From contig OX597834.1 of the NCBI GenBank assembly GCA_951406725.2, forward strand, positions 45,570,001 through 45,634,000: a stretch of DNA of 64,000 nucleotides, read 5' to 3'. Positions within the stretch are counted from its first letter, which is position 1. Each line of letters opens with the position of its first letter. This document shows positions 54,791 through 64,000 of this stretch, piece after piece. The DNA comes from Octopus vulgaris. Lineage: Eukaryota. Position numbers and translations under genes: made by a program. The notes under the pieces are model-generated. The model was not told where the DNA came from. It saw only the letters and a list, made by a program, of their open reading frames with translations, and searched no databases.

Positions 54791-56934
54791 AAAGCCGAAT
54801 ATTTGTACAAAATGTGAACTTGGTAAAGCCATTAGAAATGTACCAGAGTTACTATCAACGACAGCGAAAAGATGATTTCTGTACACATGTCTGTGTGTGT
54901 TTGTGTGTAAGAGTGTGTGTATTTGTGCGCGTGTGAATGTGTCTGTGTGTGAGTGTGTCTGTATCTGTGTCTTTGTTTTTCATCCCTGTTCATCCTCGCC
55001 GCTTTATACAACACCGTGGCATTGTGATTTAGCAAATCTGACTCGATACAATAATTTCCAGACTTTAAAATTACGAACGGAGTCGATTTATTCACTAAGT
55101 CCTTCAAGGCAATGTTCCGAAATTGCCGTAAGCTATTGACTGAACCAATCAGAAGAGTAAAATTGGATTGGATTGTGACTGAGACAAAACTAGAAGCATC
55201 AAGAAGCCAAATTAACGACGATAATCACAAAATCTTCAGGTCTACCAATATTTAAACAGATAAGATCGTGTCCTTAAGACATTAGACAACTACAATCAGT
55301 ACAAAGCATTTTAGGAATTACATAATCCATTTATACTAATTCACAAGGACACATTAGATGGACAAACGGCCTTGATAGATTTTCAACGTAAGGTGTTATT
55401 TGTCGTTATTAGAAGTGATTTGTCATAGAAAACAGCATATAGGGCCAATGTGAAGTTCTTAGTCGTTTACTGTTTCAAATTCATCCTTATCTTTCTTAAT
55501 ACCAATTTAGATTTGGCGAAAATTCATTCTCCTTTGTATAACAAGAGCTAGCACCAGTAGAGATATAGTAAGGTGCATAAATATCAGTTTATTTCGATAT
55601 GTTTAAGCTCCTCTTTTCCATTTGACGGGTATCAGACAGAGTGATGTCGTGGATGATGTAAATGAGATTTGTCTAGACGCAGTCTTGTTCATATCTAAAT
55701 AAATAGTCATCTGATACAAGAAGCAAGCATGTTGTTGAGTGTAGCATTTAATCTGTTAAATAAAGATACAATTCGCATTCATTTATTTTTATGGATGCCC
55801 GGGGATGGTAGCAAGAAGAAAGGAGATTATCACAAACTAGTGTGCAGGCTCAGATTATGGGAACAGAATAAACTCCGTGATGGTGTTGATAGTGGTGGTG
55901 CTGATGATGCTGGTACTGATTGTGGTGGTGGTTTTGGTGCTGGTTGTGGTGGCGATAAACTAGAGATGCATGATGTGCATCGCCTTAGAATAGGGACCAC
56001 AAATAACAGGACCTACTATGTCAAAGTATCTCGTTCGAGGCCCTGATAATCCCACCAGTCCGCGAGCCTAGACTTGGCCATTGTTTTATCAACCTCTCTA
56101 TCTATCTAGCTATCTATCTATCTACCTATATATCTATCTATCTCTCATTCTCTTTCACTCTTTCTCTCTCTCATACTCTCTCTCACTCTCTCTCTCTCAC
56201 TCTATTTCTGTCTGTATATCTCTCTACCTAGCTAGCTTTCTCTATCTTTCCTTCTGTCTCTGAAACGGAATTATAAGTGTGTGTGTTTGTGTGTGTGCCT
56301 GTTTGTGTTTGTGCGTATTCACCCCTGTGTATGCATGTGTGCGTGTGCTTGCGGGTGTATGTGTGTGTATGTGTTTACTGCATAATGATGAGCGTTTATA
56401 ACGACAAAATATAGCAGGATCGCAGAAAAAATGTTTACTAATTAAATATCAGTACAATCTACTTATATTGAGGCGGAGTTTTTTTAATTTTTAATTTACA
56501 TAATGGTTAATTTCTTTTTCAATTTTTAAATTGAGTCTGAAAAATCAGGTCATTACTCTGGCGTATCATTCCCGAAATTTCAACACCAAAACACCACACA
56601 ACAAACACACGGCTTCAGAACTTTGCGTCTCAGCTTAAATACACCGATACGATCTGCGGTTTTAAGCAAATGTATGTATAAGCATACTTATTCAAATTTA
56701 TTTTAAAATCCAAACTTACAGATTTTACAGAAAATAATGTAAAATGCAAATAAGAGCTTATGAAAGAAAGAAAAAAAAAGAGAAATTATTTGCAATGCAT
56801 TGAGTTACCCGAATTAGCAATTATAATATTGAAAATGAATGTATAATAACTGATATAAATATTATAACGATGCATGTGGCATGATACGTGACAATCTGAT
56901 ATATATATATATGTATATATATACATACTTATGC

Positions 56935-56975
<41 letters not shown>

Positions 56976-57178
56976 GTGTGTGTGTACGTGTGTGTGTGTG
57001 TGTATGTGTGCGTGCGTGTGTGTGTATAAAAATACACAGATATGTAGCCACTTAGATACATATGCACTCAAGTATTTTAGCGTCCGACTTTGACTACTGA
57101 AAATCAGGGAAAAGTATACAAACAACATAATTTTCAATCTGAGTATTCTTTTTACGTTCGCGCATTATCATATGAGCA

Positions 57179-57234
<56 letters not shown>

Positions 57235-57336
57235 GGCATATGTATAAATATATATATATATGTACATATATATGTATATATATATATATAGATATATGTA
57301 GGCATATGTATAAATATATATATATATATGTACATA

Positions 57337-57367
<31 letters not shown>

Positions 57368-57891
57368 GTACATATATGTGTATATATATGTATATATATA
57401 TATTTATATACATACATATATATATATAAGTGTGTGCGTGTGTGTATAAATATATATATATTCACACACACATTTATGTGCGCGTATGTACGAATGCATG
57501 TAAGTTTGTATATAAACACACACACACACACACACATGCATACACACATATATATGTATGTATGCATGTATGTATGTATGTATGTGATTTTGTGCGCGCG
57601 TAGATATATATGTGCGTGTGTGTAGTGGTGTGTAGGGCGGTTTGTATGAATTTCTAAATGGAGATATTTCATATAAGTTCGGTTTCAATGTGCCGACATG
57701 TTTTACATAAAACTTACTGACGATGACTATTTCAATATATATGTAAATTAACTTCAAGAAGATGCATATTTCAAACCCACATACGCTCAGGAATACATCA
57801 TTTGCTTGCGTGTGTGTGCGTGTGTCCCGGTATGCATGCCTTTGTGCGTAAGTGTATGTATATGTGCATGTATACACACTCACATACTTAT

Positions 57892-57946
<55 letters not shown>

Positions 57947-58514
57947 CCATAATTTCTTGATAATATATTATATATTCTACAAGACTTGTATACAATCTCT
58001 GCAGATCTCTGCGTTTATATTCTTGCCATATTGTTGTGTTCATTCATATCAAAAGATTTCTCACTGGCTACGCGTTAACGATGGCAATGGGGCTGAAGTT
58101 TTCCATCGGTCGTACAATTATTAGTACATCTAATATAAACATTATGGAAAGATAAGTTAATATATGCATAAATGAAAATTCCCTTACTGCAGAATATATA
58201 TGTTGTATAATTAACAAGATATTTGCAAGGATATAATGAAATTGTATCTAAAGACATTTATATAGGAACGTTATCAAATCTGTTATAATTCTAATGTATA
58301 GTTCAACGCATGTATGCAATTATGTATGTATGTGTTTATGTATGTGTTTACGTATGTATGTGTTTACGTATGTATGCATGCATGCATGCATGTATGTTAT
58401 TATTCATTTCTATCTCAATATAGAAAGAACCGGTTTCTAACCTAGATCCAAGGTTCCATCATTGGTATTTCAAGAACAGGGTCTTTTTATATGTATGTTT
58501 GTACATACATGCAT

Positions 58515-58600
58515 GAAGAAGAAGAAGAAGAAGAAGAAGAAGAAGAAGAAGAAGAAGAAGAAGAAGAAGAAGAAGAAGAAGAAGAAGAAGAAGAAGAAGA
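58515..58600. repeat. (GAA)n microsatellite
   Basis: Direct inspection. Confidence 0.97.
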
Positions 58601-58885
58601 AAGCATACTACCTAACAACTATGAAGAAAAAGTAGAAACAACAACAGCTGTAAAATAAGTGAACTCCAAACTAAAAGAGGAACAAGAATTATTTTCATGA
58701 TAAAATGATGGCATGAAAAGATCTCACAAGGCAAATATTGGGATAAGCTAAACAGAAAAAGAATTAGATAAAGTAAAATCCCAAGGATGGTTGAGAAGCT
58801 CAGGGCTCAAAGCAGAGGCTGGCGGATTTTTGATTGCAGCACAATATCAAAGCATCCCAACTAGAAATCATCAGAAACACATAAT
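58601..58885 (+). mobile_element. R4/Dong-type LINE internal fragment
   Basis: WHEKISQGKYW..DKVKSQGWLRSSGLKAEAGGFLIAAQYQSIPTRNHQKHI (cf. LKxETEGFxxAAQDQxLxTRNY). Confidence 0.8.
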
Positions 58886-59589
58886 ATTTTTTCTGATATA
58901 ACCAATGACTAAGTGAGTTCGATTTGTTTTCTGAACGGTTGTGTTTCTACAAAAATCCAGTATTCTTTCTTTTCGTTTACTTTCAATAGAAAATGGGTAC
59001 TATAGGGAGTTGGGACCTCTTCTGAAAGCGAAGTCTTCTGGCAGATTTTTCACCGACGTCGCCCAAGGTATTCCGATATTAGTCAGAGAAGACAACGCAC
59101 TTTTGTCTAACTGCTGTATATAACTAGACAACTTGATTCCGTTTAGATTCTTGATTCCAATCTTCCTCCCGAGGTCTTGCTGGAAGACATTCAAAGTCTT
59201 CTCCCAATCAAATATTCCTTATTAAGCTGAAGGGGAAACCTGGAAATCCGTTGCTCAGCAACTGCAAGGATAACGTGTTCCTCTTAATAAGAAATATTAG
59301 ATTTAAGAAGAACATGAATATCTTACAGTAAGAACTCAAAGTTAAGAATATTCGAGAGTCTTATGACATTCAATTCAGTTCCTAGAAAACCGGTAATTCA
59401 CTATACGTTGATGAAACTGTGTGCCATCATTTAATACGTACTGCAATGAACGATGTTTTCAGGGAAAACGAATGCAGCACACTTGTGTTATATTAACAAC
59501 TCATAAGAATATATTTCTATGATTCTGACAAAAGATCTATATTACGATGATAACCAAGTAGGTACTGTAAATTTAGAGTGAATATTTGT

Positions 59590-59627
59590 TAAGTGTAAGC
59601 ACCTGTATATACAGGTGCTTACACTTA
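59590..59627. repeat. Perfect 38-bp palindrome
   Basis: taagtgtaagcacctgtatatacaggtgcttacactta is its own reverse complement. Confidence 0.95.
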
Positions 59628-60309
59628 TGATGATAACCGTTAGCTAAGCATAAGATGTCACTCACAAGCCGATTCTGACTCGACACCGTGTTTTACGCTT
59701 TCTATTAACTGTTGTACGTGTCTATGTAGTCGCAAGAAAACACAGACACCCACTTAGCATTCCTACTCTTAACCAGCGAAACATTGAGTACGTGAAAATG
59801 ACAGGAAAAGAATACGGCTCGAGCACTTTGTCGGTAATGATTTTTAAGGTTTCAATAGTTTTACAGTGAACAATTTTAAATGAGATTCGCCTCTCAAACC
59901 ACTCCTCCAGAGATCCCCATCAAAGAAATTTTATTTTCCGTCTTTGTTACTTTTCATCGATATCGAAATTAAGGTAACGTGACACGCCTTTTGACCTAAG
60001 ATGAAACGTTAAAAATAGTTCAATCGCTTACAGGAAATAAGAAATCTTATCTCTTGTGTAGAGCTGAAATACTTGAAATACGCTTTGCTAAGTTTCTATT
60101 CACAATCTCCTTGCCAAATGATTGCTTCTAATTTAGGCACAATTTTCATGGCAGCTGTTAATGGAATGTTATTTTATGTTATCAACTCCGGAGGGATAAT
60201 CTGCAAAGTTTATCACGACGAGATTGTAACAAAGAAATGCAAAGAACTGGAAGAATTCTTGAAAGACATCACTTCCGATGCTGTAACGAATTAGCAGTTT
60301 GGGCTTCAT

Positions 60310-60540
60310 AATAACAGTTTCAAATTTTGGCTCGGCGCTAGTAATTTTAGAGGAGGCGTAAATCGATGACGTTGACCCAGTGTTTGACTGGTACTTAGTT
60401 CATCGACTCCCGAAAGGATATAATGTGAAGTCAACCTTGGTGGGGATTTGAACTCGGAACGTAGAGAGTCAGTAAAAATTATGCTAAACATTTTGCCTGA
60501 AATGTTAAGAAATCTACCAACTTTGCTACGTTCTGCCCAC
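60310..60540 (-). mobile_element. Family-2 SINE
   Basis: actggtacttagttcatcgactcccgaaaggat..aagtcaaccttggtggggatttgaactcggaacgta. Confidence 0.75.
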
Positions 60541-60544
60541 CAAA

Positions 60545-61089
60545 TACCGTATTTTCCGGTCTATAAAACGCATCGATATTTAAGCCGTAGGGTCGAATTT
60601 GGGGGGGAAATTTTATTTTTATCTACACATAAAGCGCACCGGTGTTTAAAATACCTATAGAGCTACGGGTCCGCAACTATCTTATTTTGTTGTCGACGTG
60701 TATGTAGTTTCAAAATGCCTTATTTTACAACTACACGATGTATTGTTATTGTTAGGGTTTTATCTTACTATAATCAACAGCAAAAACATTTCATCACTAA
60801 GAAAAGTCTTTATTAGAGTAAAGAAAAACATCAAAACATGAAGATAAACCAAAACAAATACGTTTTGTTTTCTTCCGGGCACCAATGTACTGTAGCAGTA
60901 GTCTTTCACGTTATTCACCAATCGACCTATCCTCTGACAACAATCAGTGGAACCATTCGATCTCCAAACACAAATTATTTCCTTTCTGAAACTTATAAAA
61001 AATACACACATTAGGCGCACCTTTCTCTAAGTTACACACTAAACCTCCCAGGTAAAAAAATAGCGGCTTATACACCGGAAAATAGGGTA
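60545..61089. mobile_element. Non-autonomous Tc1/mariner-superfamily (pogo/Tc2-like) MITE
   Basis: TIRs ccgtattttccggtctataa and ttatacaccggaaaataggg (18/20 match), with TA on both flanks. Confidence 0.8.
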
Positions 61090-61300
61090 ATCCTTTCTAC
61101 ACCAGGCACAAGGACGGACATATCTGCGGGATGTCGGAAATCGATTACATCGACCACGGTATTTGAATGGAACATAGTTTATCGACCCCGAAAAGTTAAA
61201 CTGTAAAGTCGATCTCTGCGAATGTTGAATTCAGAACGTAAATATTGAAGAAACAGTATTTTATGCGACACACTAATGATCCTTGCAATTCCCCACCTTC
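61090..61300 (-). mobile_element. Family-2 SINE
   Basis: tcgattacatcgacc..tttatcgaccccgaaaag..aaagtcgatctctgcg..tcagaacgta. Confidence 0.75.
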
Positions 61301-62003
61301 AGGACATCCAATTAAATATGGCATTTAAATAAATGTCTCTGAAGACTTTACCACGCTAAAAGCCTGTCAATTATCATGATGAATAATCTACTTTACTAAC
61401 AAGGACCGATTTTTTTCTTTGATGTCTCTCCTTTTACTTATTAATACACAACTTCCTATAAATATAACTAACTTTGCCTAAATCAATTTTGTCTGAAGAA
61501 CTGAAATACGTACCTACAGGATACCTACCAACAGATCATGGTACTGATTCAAACATTCTTCTTTTTGACATGAAATGTTTATTTGCTTCACTATGTAATT
61601 ATATTTTGTTTCTTTTACTTACTTCTGTCCCTGGATTGCGGCCGTGCTGGGGTACGCTTTGGAGGTTTTTAGTCGAATAAATCAGTAAAAGTACTTATTA
61701 ATTTTAAAACTCTGACTCTCATTTTCTTTGGCAGATCTACAAGGCTCCGGGGACGTCTACAAACCAGCACCTGTTATGAAGCTAAGAGGTGACACATACA
61801 AACACAATGTCACACACATATACATGTGTATACACACACCTACACGATGACCTCTCAGTTTCTGCCCACCAAATTCTCTCACAAAAATTTCAATCCGAAA
61901 CCTTGAGATTTCGAAGCTAACTTCTTAACACGTAACCATGCCAACGCCTACTTTATATATCTTTATACCTCATTACACTTAATTTTCAATATATTATCTA
62001 CAT

Positions 62004-63190
62004 AAGGTGTTGAGCTGGCAGAATGATTAATGTGCCGGATAAAAAAATGCTTTGTGACATTTCTACCGGCTCCTTACGTTTGGGATTCAAATACTACCGA
62101 GTTTGAAATTGCCTTTCATTCTTTCAGAGCGATAAACATAAAGTACCAGTGAATTACTGAGCCATATCCAATCGGTTGCCTCACCCCTCAAAATTGCTGG
62201 CCTTGTGCCAACTTTAGGAAATATTATATAATATCTAACAGGAGGCCAGCTGGCAGGTTCGTTAACAAGACGGAGAAAGAGCTTAGAGACATTTCTTCCG
62301 ACTCAGCACGTCATAGGTTCAAATTCTGCCGATGTCAACCTACATTTTCATCACTTCGAGGTCAATAATATAAGGGTCAATATAATCGTCTTACCTTTTC
62401 CTGAAAGTTGCTGGCTTTTTGTGTGTAGTAGAAATATAATGTAATATAATAGGTCATGTGGAGGTGCAATGACCCAGTGGTTAGGGCAGCGGACTCGTAG
62501 TCAGAGGATAGCGGTTTCGATTCTCAGACCAGGCGTTGTGTTTATTGAACGAAAACATCTAAAAGCTCTTCGAGGCACCGGCAGGTGGTGGTGGCGACCT
62601 CTGTTTTACTCTTTCGCCCCAACTTTCTCTCGCTCTTTCTTCCTGTTTCTTGAGTAGTGCGGCGATGGATTGGCGTCCCGTCCAGCTGGGGGGAATACAT
62701 ACAGAAACCGGGAAACCGGGCCCTTGAGCCTCGCTAGGCTTGAAAAAGGGCGCATAAATAAATAAAAAATAGATCATATGCTTAAAGGTATCGAGCTGGC
62801 AGAATTTTTAGCATGCTGGGCAAAATGCTGGACGGCATTTTGTCCGTCTTTGCGTTCTGATTTAAAATTCTAAGGAGATATAAATTAAGCAGTAGGGTCG
62901 ATGTAATCGGCTTACCGCTCTCCCTGAAATTGCTGATCTTCAGCCAAAACCTGAAACCAATATATAATATATTTCGTGTTGGGATGGCAGGACCGTTAGC
63001 ACGTGGGAGAAAATGCTTAGTGATATTTCTTCTGGCACTTTATGTTCTGAGTTCAAATTCCGCTGTGGTCGACTTCATCATTGAGACCTTCGATGTCAAT
63101 GAAATTAATACCAGCTGAGCGCTGGGATCGATGTAGTAATAACTTACTCTCTCCCCACCCCACAACTTACTGGCCTTTTACCAAAAGTAA
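62004..63190 (+). mobile_element. Array of four family-2 SINEs (about 62004-62222, 62260-62435, 62785-62960, 62980-63190) around a V-SINE
   Basis: Each has a tggcag head, a ttcaaat-type B-box and a ctggccttgtgcca-like tail. Confidence 0.75.
62460..62770 (+). mobile_element. tRNA-derived SINE with a V-domain-like core
   Basis: tRNA-like head (tgacccagtggtta, ggtttcgattc), V-SINE-like gcgatggattggcgtcccgtccag, A-rich tail ataaataaataaaaaa. Confidence 0.7.
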
Positions 63191-63856
63191 TATATGATAT
63201 ACAACCATTACAAACTTAGAGTAGTATATCTTGTATATTAACTAACTTCACTCTATTTCTGTTAGATTTGATATTTAATGTACCATTTTATTGTTCAACG
63301 TAAGTCTTAAATGGATTACGCCTCCTATATGTTGTAAACTAATGTTCAGCTGGTCTACGTTTAATAAGATTACACTTGCTTTTGTTATGTTACCCTCTGT
63401 TCCTATATTACTAAACTTACTAAACTCCTTAATATACGTTACAAAATATTAGTTTTCCTTCATAAATACATCCTTTTATCTTATTTTATAGTTAATTTTA
63501 AAACCCTCATTTTGATATCTTGTTACATCTTGTTCCACTGAACAGAATAAATTATTTTTTCTTCTACTGCTTCTCCGTTGCCTTTGATGATATTTTCTTA
63601 TTCCTTAGATTTTGTCTTGTTTTATTTTTCATCACACTTTTGCGTTGTATCTCTTTTATTTTTCTCCCTTTTCGTTTTTGGAAATAAATATTTCACCTTA
63701 TTATTTGAGTTATTTACTCATTCCTATTTCCAGTGTATCTATAATCAACTCTCCAAGTGTACATATGTTTGCTTATATATATATATATATACGTGGTGTT
63801 TCTCTGTGTGTGCATAAGCATACATATATGAATGTATATGTACGTTTAAATATATT

Positions 63857-63894
<38 letters not shown>

Positions 63895-63950
63895 CATATA
63901 TACATACAAACACACACATATATATCCTTTAAGTAAATCTGTATACCTGT

Positions 63951-64000
<50 letters not shown>

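Noticed and set aside
55600-55690. PLE GIY-YIG remnant (minus strand C.*TNLIYII)
   Set aside because: Single short motif with no downstream YIG motif
55729-56046. 105-aa Gly-rich ORF
   Set aside because: The Gly tract derives from a degenerate (GGT)n repeat; no recognisable domain
57180-57400. Repeat-spacer-like pattern (tgtaggcatatgtataaa twice)
   Set aside because: A simple duplication within a TA microsatellite; not CRISPR-like, and the context is eukaryotic
62460-62535. tRNA gene
   Set aside because: A and B boxes are present, but there is no proper acceptor stem and the sequence continues into a SINE core and A-rich tail

Overview
AT-rich, extremely microsatellite-dense eukaryotic non-coding DNA. 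The SINE families (CORE-type OR-like SINEs, a second tRNA-derived SINE, a V-domain SINE) and the (TA)n/(CA)n/(GATA)n/(TAA)n load point to a cephalopod, most likely an octopus (inference). I see no intact recognisable protein-coding gene, rRNA, tRNA or CRISPR array. Nearly all ORFs in the supplied track are microsatellite artefacts. The recognisable protein fragments come from decayed mobile elements: mariner, maT-like and m44-like DNA transposons, a Helitron fragment, Penelope-like elements (PLEs) and R4/Dong-type LINEs. The main signal worth follow-up is a set of minimal hammerhead-ribozyme-like motifs (CTGANGA-like core, stem II, GAAA, palindromic helix III) in several unrelated short repeats that abut microsatellites. 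Hammerhead remnants may also sit at the apex of long palindromic elements embedded in (TA)n. Other oddities: a tail-out chimera of two different mariners, a SINE that spread as a fixed dimer, several local fold-back inversions, and a few candidate minus-strand exons that cannot be confirmed without RNA data. All calls were made by eye and boundaries are approximate.
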